This document shows, piece by piece, positions 55,601 through 64,000 of a stretch of 64,000 nucleotides of DNA. The position numbers and the translations under genes were made by a program. Source of the stretch: an uncultured Acidobacteriaceae bacterium (GTDB lineage: Bacteria; Acidobacteriota; Terriglobia; Terriglobales; Acidobacteriaceae); NCBI GenBank assembly GCA_963803645.1, contig CAWDNK010000006.1, forward strand, positions 40,205-104,204. The letters are read 5' to 3'. The notes below the pieces were generated by a model, which was not told where the DNA came from, ran no database searches, and saw only the letters and a program-made list of their open reading frames with translations. The first letter of the stretch is position 1, and each line of letters starts with the position of its first letter.

Positions 55601-56697
55601 TCGTCTTCGATCGCAATCACGTCCAGATTCAGAATCTGAGCGGGACCACCGGCGGTGGCACGATCGCGCTCAGCGGCTCGGCCAACTATGATCGCGGCGT
55701 CGTCCAGTTGGATGTTGGAGCCACCGCGCAAGGCGTTCGTCTGCGCTATCCGCCCGGAGTCAGTTCCACTGCCACCGCGAATCTTCGCCTGACCGGCACT
55801 TCGAATTCCGCCGTGCTCAGCGGCGACGTGGTCGTTACCAAATTGGCCGTCACTCCCGGATTCGATTTCGGCGCCTACCTCCAGAACAGCAGCCGCTCCA
55901 TCGTGTTCACGCAAACAGATAGTCTGGCCAACCGGTTGCGGCTCGACGTTCACGTCTCGACAACGCCCGAGTTGCAAATGCAGACTGCAACCGCTCGGCT
56001 CTCGGGAAACGCGGATCTGCACCTTCGCGGAACCGCCGATCATCCCGTAGTCCTAGGTCGCGCGGAAGTTCTGGAAGGCGAAATTTCCCTCAACGGAAAT
56101 AAATATCAGCTCGAACGCGGCGACGTTACCTTCGCCAATCCGTCGAAGACGCAGCCCGTCATCGATCTCCAGGCCACCACGCGCGTCCGCGACTATGACA
56201 TCACGGTGCGCTTTCGCGGCGACGCCAGCGCACCCAACGGCCTGAAAATTTCCTGGCAGTCCGAACCCCAGCTTCCCGAAGCGGACGTGATTGCGCTGCT
56301 CGCTCTCGGCCGCACTCAGGAAGAGGCTGCTTACGCCCAGCCGAACGGTTCGCTCGGCTTTGGCAGCGATGCTTCCAATCTTCTGCTCAATGAAGCGCTC
56401 AACAGCAGCGTTAGCAGCCGCGTGCAGCGGCTGTTTGGCGTGAGTCGCATCAAGATCGATCCCCAGGGCCTGAACAGTGAAACCAGCGTCTATCGCGGCA
56501 CACAAGGGCCGCAGCTCACCGTGGAGCAGCAGGTGGTCAGCAATCTCACTCTCACGTACAGCACGAACGTTTCCGTCTCCAATCAGCAAATCATCCAGGG
56601 CGAGTACAACATAACGCGCAATGTTTCCATTGTGGCGCTGCGCGACCAGAATGGCGTGGTCAGTTTCGATCTGAAAATCCGGCGGCGCAAAAAATGA
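52630..56697 (+). CDS. tamB: Translocation and assembly module protein TamB (AsmA-like, DUF490 C-terminus)
   Basis: 1355 aa. N-terminal TM anchor, a long beta-rich repetitive body, and a C-terminal ...LTLTYSTNVSV...VSFDLKIRRRKK. The TTG start overlaps the upstream stop (GTTGA). Confidence 0.78.
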   Translation: MSEQPAPPVRRRILRNLVLSFCAFSVLAIALIGWWVTTDSFQQRMRRRVIAELEQATGGRVELGELHTIPFRLRVDARNLTIHGREAADQAPFLQVERIQAELKIISLFETSIGLHSLVLERPVFHVIAYPDGTTNIPTPSVKLASNRTAVEHLISLSVARIEAHDGRLLWQNQNVPFEFTGGNLALLLDYSLLRQHYEAHLTAGTVQTKWDGYAEFVWSADASVVLARHHADIKDVTFKSGHSEVHFVGTLENYSDPQIAGQYRGSVDLGELAAVVRGPHLRQGTAQFTGKGSWNLRTFATDGNLEAKGIEWSDGKKLSLRDGRVLAVFALDPVRLRVPALKANLLGGNVAGDLEITNWETLIESLPVIPRRVNSRAAANLPRGSIRLQVAGIPITPALDALSSPRLPLDRLSFVANASGALDLTWVGSIRDSETRMKLDLSAPSRLVAEGIPVTGKVEGIYHASRDELDLTASHVTTSSSEIQAAGSLSENSALHFSISTHNIKEWTPLIEAAYGSPQLPLAVHGFATLAGNASGHLSAISFNGNLELYDFETLLPATRRTPAEAIHWDALSTALQYSSSSISAHNGSLIHGHALAHFDASATLTGGELQENSPFTIHLDLLKGDVAEFARLAGVDRPLAGTLNMTVNLSGSRGNPQGDGHFEVRDGQAYGVAIPSAKGDLRLANDELQFNNIEARAYDALLSASGGISTTTDSFHLSLSGQNLNLLHFPRLQSTRFTMDGVIDFSAIVSGTPQEPSLELHARLKDLALDQQRAGDFFVDAVTTGHQLDIKAHSAFGASGLNIAGTIGLQKDFPADLKLDFHDLDVVSLLSIYLPGDITGRSPMDGTMQLRGPLRFPQQWKAAAELSGFSAEVEKVQVHSVEPVRFQVVDQTLIIEAFHLGGSGTDFTAHGRAHLAGAQEIDLGLDGTINMTLWQSLNPKILARGTLGVNLNASGSFQQPVLQGRLDVKNTFLSHRDFPSGLSDLNGVLVFDRNHVQIQNLSGTTGGGTIALSGSANYDRGVVQLDVGATAQGVRLRYPPGVSSTATANLRLTGTSNSAVLSGDVVVTKLAVTPGFDFGAYLQNSSRSIVFTQTDSLANRLRLDVHVSTTPELQMQTATARLSGNADLHLRGTADHPVVLGRAEVLEGEISLNGNKYQLERGDVTFANPSKTQPVIDLQATTRVRDYDITVRFRGDASAPNGLKISWQSEPQLPEADVIALLALGRTQEEAAYAQPNGSLGFGSDASNLLLNEALNSSVSSRVQRLFGVSRIKIDPQGLNSETSVYRGTQGPQLTVEQQVVSNLTLTYSTNVSVSNQQIIQGEYNITRNVSIVALRDQNGVVSFDLKIRRRKK

Positions 56698-56767
56698 TGG
56701 AAGCGAAGGTAACGAGAAAACCTGATCCTTCAACAAACACAAAGAGCAAGCTTTTTCCAGGCAGTTG

Positions 56768-56797
56768 CCTTTCTCTGTGTCTCTGTGACTCCGTGGT
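56768..56797. repeat. Dispersed CACAGAG-type intergenic repeat, copy 3 (looser match)
   Basis: CCTTTCTCTGTGTCTCTGTGACTCCGTGG; its reverse complement contains CACAGAGACACAGAGAAAGG. Confidence 0.45.
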
Positions 56798-56909
56798 AAA
56801 AAATCAGGTCAGGACGCTACCTACTTAAGTTCAGTCTTGACATAAGCCTCCAAACCAGCAACCCTAGTTGTTTTTCAGTTCCCGCTCCAGGGCGGTCGAG
56901 GAAGACATT

Positions 56910-57881
56910 TTGAGAGTTCGGGTTTTCTATCACGACAAGTGTTTCGACGGAGCCTGCTCGGCGGCTCTTTTCAGCCGCTTTTACCGCGAACGCGTGCGGG
57001 GCGACGTCGACTTCGTCTATTCCGGTCTGCTCCACCGCGCCGGCTCTTTGTTCGACGAAAAACAGTTCGACGGCGACGAGAATGCTATCGTCGATTTCAA
57101 ATACTCAAGTTCGCCAAAAATTATCTGGTGGTTCGATCACCACGAGAGCGCGTTTCTTTCTCCCGCCGACGCCGCCCACTTCGAGCAGGATCAAAGCAAC
57201 CGCAAATTTTATGATCCGGCGTTCAAATCCTGCACCAGCTTCATCGCTATGATCGGCGAAAATCACTTCGGCTTCGATCCCCTTCCCGTCGCCGAACTCG
57301 TGCACTGGACCGATATTGTCGATGGCGCCATGTACGACGACGCCAAATCAGCCGTCGAAATGCAGGCCCCGGCCATGAAGCTGACCATGGCCATCGAAGC
57401 CTCAACCGAGCGCGATTTTGTGAAGAAGCTGATTCCTCTGCTCGCCTACCGTTCGCTCCGCGAAATCCTCGAAGAACCCTTCGTGGCCGCCGTTCTGCCC
57501 CCATTGCTCGATCGTCACCGCCGTTCGGTCGACATTTTGCGCCAGCGCACCGAAGAAAAAGACGGCACCATTTACTTCGACATCTCCGACCTCGATCTCG
57601 AGGGGTACAATAAATTTATTCCGTATTACCTGCATCCCGAGTCGATCTACAGCGTGGGCATCAGCAAGAGTTCTTTTCGAGTGAAAGTTTCTGTCGGATC
57701 CAATCCCTGGTCCAGGCGCGAGCCCACCGTCAATCTTGCCAAGGTCTGCGAGCGGTACGGCGGCGGCGGCCACGCGCGCGTCGGCGCGATTTCGTTCGAA
57801 GTCAGCCAGAACGATGCCGCCCACCAGGCAGCCCAGGAGATCGTCGAGGAGTTGCGCGCCAGCGTGCGCCGCCAGCAGTGA
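56910..57881 (+). CDS. DHH/DHHA1 superfamily phosphoesterase
   Basis: Motifs HDKCFDGACS (DxD-like), FDHHES (DHH) and GGGGHARVGA (DHHA1 GGGH). TTG 56910 lies 5 nt after SD GAGGAAG (the ORF is open from TTG 56868). Confidence 0.7.
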   Translation: MRVRVFYHDKCFDGACSAALFSRFYRERVRGDVDFVYSGLLHRAGSLFDEKQFDGDENAIVDFKYSSSPKIIWWFDHHESAFLSPADAAHFEQDQSNRKFYDPAFKSCTSFIAMIGENHFGFDPLPVAELVHWTDIVDGAMYDDAKSAVEMQAPAMKLTMAIEASTERDFVKKLIPLLAYRSLREILEEPFVAAVLPPLLDRHRRSVDILRQRTEEKDGTIYFDISDLDLEGYNKFIPYYLHPESIYSVGISKSSFRVKVSVGSNPWSRREPTVNLAKVCERYGGGGHARVGAISFEVSQNDAAHQAAQEIVEELRASVRRQQ

Positions 57882-58414
57882 GAACCCCGACCCTCATCAA
57901 GGCTACGATGCACCCGGTTGTCCATGATCGTCACCACCTCAAAGGTGTGCGCACAGTCGCGAGCGTTGAACTGGCGAAAGGGCTGCTGGTCTTCTTTGCG
58001 GGTCTGGGCCTGCTCACCATGCGCCACAAAGGCATCTGGGGCATAGCCGAGAGCCTGCTCGAATTTCTGCACGTCAGCCCTTACCACCATTATGTCGGCG
58101 TCTTTATCGATCTCGTGTCGCGCCTAAGTGATATCCGTCTCTGGAAAATCGCCGTCGTGGCCACCGTCTACGTGCTTCTTCGCTTCATCGAAGCCTACGG
58201 ACTCTGGTATGCCTTGCCCTGGGCGGAATGGATGGCGGCCATTACCGGCGGAATTTACGTTCCATTTGAGATCGACGACCTCATTCGCCGCCCCACCTGG
58301 ATTCGGTTGGCGATACTAGTCATCAATCTTCTTATCGTCCTCTACATGCTCTATCTTCGCTTTGAAGAAGAGGAAAAGCGGCGCGCCGCCCGCCGCCACG
58401 CCGTGCAGCCCTAA
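57878..58414 (+). CDS. DUF2127-like membrane protein
   Basis: About 4 TM helices, with N-terminal ...LKGVRTVASVELAKGLLVFFAGLGLL.... The GTG start overlaps the DHH gene stop (GTGA). Confidence 0.55.
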   Translation: MRTPTLIKATMHPVVHDRHHLKGVRTVASVELAKGLLVFFAGLGLLTMRHKGIWGIAESLLEFLHVSPYHHYVGVFIDLVSRLSDIRLWKIAVVATVYVLLRFIEAYGLWYALPWAEWMAAITGGIYVPFEIDDLIRRPTWIRLAILVINLLIVLYMLYLRFEEEEKRRAARRHAVQP

Positions 58415-58481
58415 AAAGCCCACCGCTATGCAACTCACCGCACCAAAATGCGCATTAGATTGCACCTCCTACCGGCGATAA

Positions 58482-58510
58482 TTGACATCGCGATTTAAGT
58501 GGAGGATACT
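58482..58510 (+). promoter_or_regulatory. Candidate sigma-70 promoter of the phosphoesterase gene
   Basis: TTGACA (58482-58487), a 17-nt spacer, then GATACT (58505-58510), about 120 nt upstream of ATG 58631. Confidence 0.4.
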
Positions 58511-58630
58511 GCCGCCACGCTTGCTTACTGGCCGGTGGGTTTTTCATTCGGCGACCAGTATCCCCAGCCGCGAGACGCGCGCACCTCTCACGCTGCCGCG
58601 CCGCGCACCTGCCTACCCCAAGGAGGTCGT

Positions 58631-60283
58631 ATGAAGTTTCTCTCCGCATCTCTTTTGACTCTGGTTCTCTCGGCCAGCGTTCTACCCGTAAACGTCCTGG
58701 CCCAGAAAGCGAAGCCCTCTCTATTCCCTCCGCAGATCACTCACGTGGTCGTCATTTTTCAGGAGAACCGCACGCCCGACAATCTTTTCCATTTCTTGAC
58801 TCCGGCCTGCTCCATTCCAAGCGGAGCCAAAGGCCTCGCAGCCTGCACTCCCAGCCCCGTCACTACCAGTTGCTATGACATTTCGCCCTGCGGCCTTACC
58901 AACAAATCGGGAACGGTCAAGCCCTTCACCCTGAAGCCCGTCCCGCTCTACGGCAGTAACGATCCGAGCCATGCCCACACTGCGTGGGAGGAGATGTGCG
59001 ATCCCGACCCGACCATGAACTACGCCTGCCGCAACGACGGCGCCTGGCAGATCAAGCCGATCAACGGTTCCTATGGCTACGTCGAAAACACGGCCGTCAC
59101 CAACTACGACGGTTCGTCAGGTTATCTGCTCGATCCCTATCTCACCTATGCAAAGAGCTATGGCTGGGCAAACTTCATGTATCAGACGAACCAGGGCCCA
59201 AGCTATCCCGCGCATCAGTTCATCTTCAGCGGAACCTCGGCCCGATCCGCCGCCGAAGACGCCGCTTCCACCTTCATCTCCGAAAATTACAAGCCCAAGG
59301 GAACTGCCGTTGGCTGCCTCGCACCGGCCGACGCGACCACCACCCTCCTGTCTCCTCTCCTTTCCGGCGGCACGCTTTGCTCCGGCGGTAATTCCTTCGA
59401 CGGCGGCTCGGTTCAAGAATGCCTCCTGACCAATTCCGCGCTCAACAATCCAGTCGGCAATCCGGTCGGCAGTTTCTGCGACACCAAAACCAACATGGGA
59501 GCGGTGCTCGATGAATACGGCATCACCTGGAAGTACTACGCGCCGTCGGCGGGCTCCATCTGGACGGCGCCCAACTCCATCGCCGACATTTGCGTCCCCA
59601 AATTCACCAACAAGACTGACGCGAAGCTCAAGTGCACCGGCTCGGAGTGGACCAATAATGTCGACCTCAATTTAAAAGGGGCGGACGTTTTGAATGACAT
59701 CACCAACTGCAATCTCGCCAGCGTAAGCTGGGTCATTCCCAACGGAACCTGGTCCGATCACGCCGGCCCGAACGATCAGTATGGTCCGTCCTGGGTCACA
59801 GCCGTTGTCAATGCCATCGGCCAGAATCCCACCTGCACCTCTGGACTCGATAACGGCCAGACATTCTGGAACAATACGGCGATCATCGTTACCTGGGATG
59901 ACTGGGGCGGATGGTCAGACAATCAACCGGCCATCAATCAGCCGGGACTGCCCTGCACGACCATGGACTGCCAGGCCGATTATCAAACCGGCTTCCGTGT
60001 GCCCTTGCTGGTCATCTCCGCCTACACGCCGTCGGGCTACATTGACAACGGCACCTACGACTTCGGGAGCATTCTGCGCACCATCCAGGGAGTCTACGGA
60101 ATCCCCGAAGGCATCATGGGCGTGGCCGACGCACGTTCCACCGCCGATCTCACAAACTTCTTCCAGGGATCGCAGCGCCAATACCAGCCGGTAGTAGCCG
60201 TAGAACCGGCAAGCTTCTTCTTAGGGCAGTCAGTCCAAAAAGGCCCACCCGAGCCGCCCGACAACGACGGAGACGACGACTAG
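58631..60283 (+). CDS. Phosphoesterase family protein (AcpA / phospholipase C-type, PF04185-like), secreted
   Basis: SD AGGAGG and signal peptide MKFLSASLLTLVLSASVLPVNVLAQ. Motifs VVVIFQENRTPDNLF, SWVIPNGTWSDHAG, IIVTWDDWGGW and GFRVPLLVISAY. Confidence 0.75.
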   Translation: MKFLSASLLTLVLSASVLPVNVLAQKAKPSLFPPQITHVVVIFQENRTPDNLFHFLTPACSIPSGAKGLAACTPSPVTTSCYDISPCGLTNKSGTVKPFTLKPVPLYGSNDPSHAHTAWEEMCDPDPTMNYACRNDGAWQIKPINGSYGYVENTAVTNYDGSSGYLLDPYLTYAKSYGWANFMYQTNQGPSYPAHQFIFSGTSARSAAEDAASTFISENYKPKGTAVGCLAPADATTTLLSPLLSGGTLCSGGNSFDGGSVQECLLTNSALNNPVGNPVGSFCDTKTNMGAVLDEYGITWKYYAPSAGSIWTAPNSIADICVPKFTNKTDAKLKCTGSEWTNNVDLNLKGADVLNDITNCNLASVSWVIPNGTWSDHAGPNDQYGPSWVTAVVNAIGQNPTCTSGLDNGQTFWNNTAIIVTWDDWGGWSDNQPAINQPGLPCTTMDCQADYQTGFRVPLLVISAYTPSGYIDNGTYDFGSILRTIQGVYGIPEGIMGVADARSTADLTNFFQGSQRQYQPVVAVEPASFFLGQSVQKGPPEPPDNDGDDD

Positions 60284-60301
60284 CTCTCGACTCTGTCCTC
60301 T

Positions 60302-61537
60302 TCACCTGACGGGTTTGCGAATCCAGTGGTCGGTAAAGGTCGAGTGCTGCAGGGAAGACTCCGTTTTGGGCATGTGGCAGGTCGTACAGTTCTCCCTGCT
60401 TACGGGGCAAGCCGCTCCCGGGTAATCGGCGGTTGTTTTTGCGCCTGGCTGATTGACGTGACATTGCAGACAGCGCGAATCGTAGTCAGCGGGATCATGG
60501 TCTAGAGGCTGATGGGGATCGTGGCAGGCAACGCAGGTGAGTCGAGCGTCTGGTTTATTCCAGCACTTGCTGTTTTCGAGCCGGTAAGGCGCGAAGCGGA
60601 GGTTCAGTTCGCCCAGCTCAATGTAAGCGCTCGTCGCAACCTCTCGCCAGGTGCGGTGGCATGCGCCGCAGAAATCCACCGACTCGACCGGATCCAGGCG
60701 GCTCGGATTCATGATCAGGCGCGCACCGTCCTCTTGCTTTCCCGCCTTCATGGCGGCAACATGACTGGCGCCCGGTCCGTGGCAGGCTTCGCAAGTCACG
60801 CCTGGCACCGCCGCATCGACATCCAACTGATTGTTGGTCACCGATGCTGTCGTGTGACAGGAAAAACATGCGCGGCTCTCGGCGGCCGGCATGCGGCGTC
60901 CCGCGGCCTCTTCAAGGTTGCCGGGCATAGCCAGAGATTGCCCCGGAGTGACGTTCAGACCTTGGGTAGAGGTATAAAAACTCAGATGGCTTTCGTAGAA
61001 GCTGCCGTTTCTCTCGTAGACATAAGTTTGGCCCATGTGACCGACCCCAAATGCCCACAGCAGTTCGACGGACAGGGGCGCAGTGCCATCACCAGCGGTG
61101 ACCGTTAGAACGCTTTTCTCTCCTTTGGTTACGATCTCCTCACGGTAGGGACCCAGGCGCAATGAAAGATTCTCATGCTTATGAAGTATCCCCGAGTCGG
61201 CGACGCGAACGGCGGCGCGGGCCATGGCATGCTTTTGTTGGCTCGCGGCTTTGGAAGCATGACACCTCGCGCACGTTGCCGTGCCCACGAAGCTATCTCG
61301 TGTGGCGTCCCCTTTTGTCGGCCACCAACCGGGCGAATGAACCCGTGCCTCGGTAGGCAGCGACATGCTGCCGGGCGCAGAAGTTTGAGCTGAAGTTTGA
61401 GCGAACGACCCAGAGGCTAAAACACAGATGGCAAGCGCGGACACGAGTTGGAAAGCGAAATCGGTTAGCGCCGAAAAAGATGCCGCGTGAAATAAGTAGT
61501 GCTGACGATTCTTAGCCGCATCAGCGCGCGCAGTCAT
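60302..61537 (-). CDS. Multiheme c-type cytochrome (seven CxxCH motifs), secreted
   Basis: CARCH, CFSCH, CEACH, CGACH, CVACH, CLQCH and CTTCH. Hydrophobic N-terminal signal/anchor. Confidence 0.85.
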   Translation of the reverse strand: MTARADAAKNRQHYLFHAASFSALTDFAFQLVSALAICVLASGSFAQTSAQTSAPGSMSLPTEARVHSPGWWPTKGDATRDSFVGTATCARCHASKAASQQKHAMARAAVRVADSGILHKHENLSLRLGPYREEIVTKGEKSVLTVTAGDGTAPLSVELLWAFGVGHMGQTYVYERNGSFYESHLSFYTSTQGLNVTPGQSLAMPGNLEEAAGRRMPAAESRACFSCHTTASVTNNQLDVDAAVPGVTCEACHGPGASHVAAMKAGKQEDGARLIMNPSRLDPVESVDFCGACHRTWREVATSAYIELGELNLRFAPYRLENSKCWNKPDARLTCVACHDPHQPLDHDPADYDSRCLQCHVNQPGAKTTADYPGAACPVSRENCTTCHMPKTESSLQHSTFTDHWIRKPVR

Positions 61538-61699
61538 ACTGAGATTTAGACCCGATTGTGGCCGTCAAGACGGGTTTTATTGTCTCGTCAATCTCAGTTC
61601 AGGTCAAATGTGAAACAGCCTTCGTCGTCAATGAGGGACTATTTCGGTCGCGGTTGTTTTCGTAACTTTCGACAGCCACAGCTTCGCGCCTTCCGCACG

Positions 61700-61733
61700 T
61701 GCAAACAAAAGAGCCGCTAGTGAACGAGCGGCC
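61700..61733 (-). terminator. Possible rho-independent terminator downstream of the small membrane protein gene
   Basis: The minus strand reads GCCGCT-(8 nt)-AGCGGC followed by TCTTTTGTTTGC. The stem is short (6 bp). Confidence 0.4.
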
Positions 61734-61799
61734 CTTCTGTGCTGCGAAGGTATGCTGCTCAGAGCTATAGCACCTGGAAGGACTATCCGACAAGCGCCA

Positions 61800-62018
61800 T
61801 TAGCGATGCACCGGCTGCGGCATCGGAATCACGCCCAGAGCGACCAGAATCGCACAAACACCGATACCGAAAATGATGATGGTCGGAGCCCAAAAATTAA
61901 ATGGATTCTTGATGCGGTCGAAACCACCAGGAGGACAACCCTTGTAGTAGCCTTTTCCGGTAATCAAACAATAGCCCGCCCAAGCAACGGCGGCGAGTCC
62001 CACCAGCAGGAATGCCAC
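61800..62018 (-). CDS. Small two-TM membrane protein (hypothetical)
   Basis: GTG start with SD AAGGAG 7 nt upstream. Two hydrophobic helices flank ...GKGYYKGCPPGGFDRIKNPFNFW.... Confidence 0.6.
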   Translation of the reverse strand: MAFLLVGLAAVAWAGYCLITGKGYYKGCPPGGFDRIKNPFNFWAPTIIIFGIGVCAILVALGVIPMPQPVHR

Positions 62019-62164
62019 GGATTGCTCCTTGAATGAATCCTGGGCTAAACGACTCCCAATAATGCAATTGAAGCCCGGTGTCGATTTTGGCTTGCGTTAG
62101 TTCCCGCGGGATCTCGTTCCGGAGTGATGACGCCTGGCTACGTCTGAAGCCGATATCACTGCCC

Positions 62165-64000
62165 TCACTCCTTCACCTCGCACCCGCAATCCGCCGGCGG
62201 CACATGCGCAATCAAAAAATCCGCCACCCGCTTATACGCGTCAATCTGATTTTCCACGCGCGCAAAGCCGTGTCCCTCATTCTCGTAAACTTTATATTCC
62301 GCCACGCCGCCTCGCTTCTTGACCGCATCGACCACCTGCTGCGCCTCGGTCTTCGGGCACCGCGGGTCATTCCCGCCCGCCAGCAAATAAAGCGGCGCCT
62401 TGATCTGATCGACAAAATTAATCGGCGATCGATCCTCATAGCGCGCCTTGTTCGTCACCAGGTCGCCCATGGTCGCTAGATCAGACTGTTGCAGAATTGG
62501 GTCTTCATTCTGAATCTCAGTGAACCAGTTCACGAACGGCACGATCGGAACGCCCGCTGCCCACATCTCGGGAGCCTTGGTCACCCCCATCATCGTCAAA
62601 TAGCCGCCATAGCTGCCGCCCATCAGAATCACTTTTTTCGGATCGACATATCCAGTCTGTTTGATCCAGTCCGCCGCTGCCAGCACGTCCTGTAAATCGC
62701 CGCCGCCCATATCGAAAAGATTCGCCTGCTGAAATTCCTTTCCATATCCGGTCGAGCCACGATAGTTCGGCGCAATCACTAGGTATCCCTGATTCACCAT
62801 GTACTGCACGAAGCGGTTGAAGCTGTTCACCGTCTGCGCCGAGGGCCCGCCATGCACATAGACAATCGCCGGGTGCTCGCCATTGCGCGGCAAATTGTAA
62901 GGCACATAAACCAGCGCCGAGATCGTCCACTTGCCGTCCTTGCTCGGATAATGCACCAGCGCCGGCTCAACCATGTCCTCTGCCCGCACGCCGCCGACCA
63001 GCGAATGCGTAAGCTGCCGCGATTTGCTGTCGGCAAGAGTATTTACCCAAAGATCGCCGGGCGCGCCCGCTCCCGTGTGCGTGTACAGCAGACGCGATCC
63101 ATCGCGCGTAAATGGAGACCGCCGGCCCGACGGCCAGTTCAAACCCTTCGGCAACGGCAGCGCGCGCGCTTTCCCGGCAGCGACCTCGTACAAATAAATG
63201 TCATTGTTGCCATCGACATTCGCGGTATAAATCAGCGACTTGCCATCAGGAGAGAAGCTGTCGCCCGCAATCTCCCACTTATCCTGCGTCAGCCAATGAA
63301 TCTTTTTCGTCGCGACGTCAAGCAATCCGGCGTTGTCATATCCATTGGCCGCATTCGAGGTGATCAGCAGATATTTCCCATCGGGCGAAGTATCATTCGC
63401 CGCGTACAACTTCTCGCCCTCATGAGGAGTGAGCAAAGTGCTCACGCCGCTCTCAACCTCGCCCACAAAAATATTCGAATCCGTCCCCTTCGCCTGCTCC
63501 TGCGTATAAAAAATAAATTTACCGTCCGCCGACCAGATCGGCGCCACGTTCATTCGATCTTTCGCGGTTCCGGTCGTGACATGCTTCACATCGCGCAGCA
63601 CTGTGTCATAAACGTCGATCTCGAACACCGACGACGTCTTGGGCTTAATCATGTATGCGAGATAGCGCCCGTCCGGCGACCATGTTGGGCTTTCCTCGGC
63701 AATCTCGCGCGTGTTCGTCAGGTTGACGACCTTCCCAGTCTTCGGCGATACCAGAAAAATGTCCCACTGCTCATCGCCGTCGTAATCGGACATGTATGCG
63801 ATCCACTTGCTGTCGGGCGACCACGTCGGCGAAGTCTGACGCTGATCGCTCACCGTAAGCTGCATCGGCCATCCGCCATCCGCAGCCACCGTCCAGATGT
63901 TGTTCCGTCCGCTCAGATTGCTGACGAAGGCCACGGTCTGCCCGTCGGGAGACCAGGTCGCGCCGCCCACTTGCCGAGTCATGTAGAGCTTTTCAATCGT
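62165..64000 (-). CDS. S9 family serine peptidase (prolyl oligopeptidase / DPP-like) with TolB-like beta-propeller; N-terminus outside the window
   Basis: Repeated ...WSPDG... propeller blades. Catalytic GGSYGGYL, with Asp and His (NEGHGF) in the C-terminal alpha/beta hydrolase domain. The frame stays open to the window edge. Confidence 0.88.
   Translation of the reverse strand, partial: TIEKLYMTRQVGGATWSPDGQTVAFVSNLSGRNNIWTVAADGGWPMQLTVSDQRQTSPTWSPDSKWIAYMSDYDGDEQWDIFLVSPKTGKVVNLTNTREIAEESPTWSPDGRYLAYMIKPKTSSVFEIDVYDTVLRDVKHVTTGTAKDRMNVAPIWSADGKFIFYTQEQAKGTDSNIFVGEVESGVSTLLTPHEGEKLYAANDTSPDGKYLLITSNAANGYDNAGLLDVATKKIHWLTQDKWEIAGDSFSPDGKSLIYTANVDGNNDIYLYEVAAGKARALPLPKGLNWPSGRRSPFTRDGSRLLYTHTGAGAPGDLWVNTLADSKSRQLTHSLVGGVRAEDMVEPALVHYPSKDGKWTISALVYVPYNLPRNGEHPAIVYVHGGPSAQTVNSFNRFVQYMVNQGYLVIAPNYRGSTGYGKEFQQANLFDMGGGDLQDVLAAADWIKQTGYVDPKKVILMGGSYGGYLTMMGVTKAPEMWAAGVPIVPFVNWFTEIQNEDPILQQSDLATMGDLVTNKARYEDRSPINFVDQIKAPLYLLAGGNDPRCPKTEAQQVVDAVKKRGGVAEYKVYENEGHGFARVENQIDAYKRVADFLIAHVPPADCGCEVKE

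Noticed and set aside
56837-56865. TTGACA hexamer upstream of the DHH phosphoesterase gene, considered as a promoter.
   Set aside because: No acceptable -10 hexamer occurs at 16-19 nt spacing. The best candidates match TATAAT at 2 of 6 positions or fewer.

Overview
High-GC (roughly 58-60% by eye), gene-dense chromosomal core segment. The content suggests Acidobacteriota (Terriglobia-like): a PEP-CTERM protein, a single-anchor sdhCAB operon, and characteristic GC-rich intergenic hairpin/repeat families. This taxonomic call is inference only. About 55 CDS are supported. From about 19.8 to 48.5 kb almost every gene is on the minus strand.

Recognisable blocks:
- An ABC-2 exporter.
- A TCA set (mdh, icd, sdhC-sdhA-sdhB) flanked by two cyclophilins.
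- A lysine/DAP cluster (asd, lysC, dapB, dapA, dapD) interrupted by two orphan genes.
- RNase J.
- An ECF sigma / anti-sigma / DUF4097 module followed by aroK.
- An outer-membrane biogenesis operon (bamA, SurA-like gene, tamB).
- A VapBC toxin-antitoxin pair.
- Assorted peptidases, transporters and secreted hypotheticals.

I found no rRNA, tRNA, CRISPR array, transposase, integrase or prophage genes, and no obvious multi-gene defence island.

The most unusual observations are:
1. A large GT-C-like membrane protein that reads in frame, with no stop codon, into a complete RdgB/Ham1 enzyme.
2. DapA carrying a Cys-rich roughly 80-aa C-terminal extension, inside a DAP operon that also holds a lysC-coupled orphan ORF and a His-tailed membrane protein.
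3. A LysR gene translationally coupled (ATGA overlap) to a barrel-less multi-POTRA secreted protein and a small Cys-containing secreted protein.
4. A two-TM mini-gene between sdhA and sdhB.
5. A 620-bp low-GC gap with frame-shifted ORF fragments.
6. Several dispersed short repeat/hairpin families.

All product calls come from motif recognition by eye. No database search was possible, and start codons were chosen from SD-like sequences and domain boundaries.
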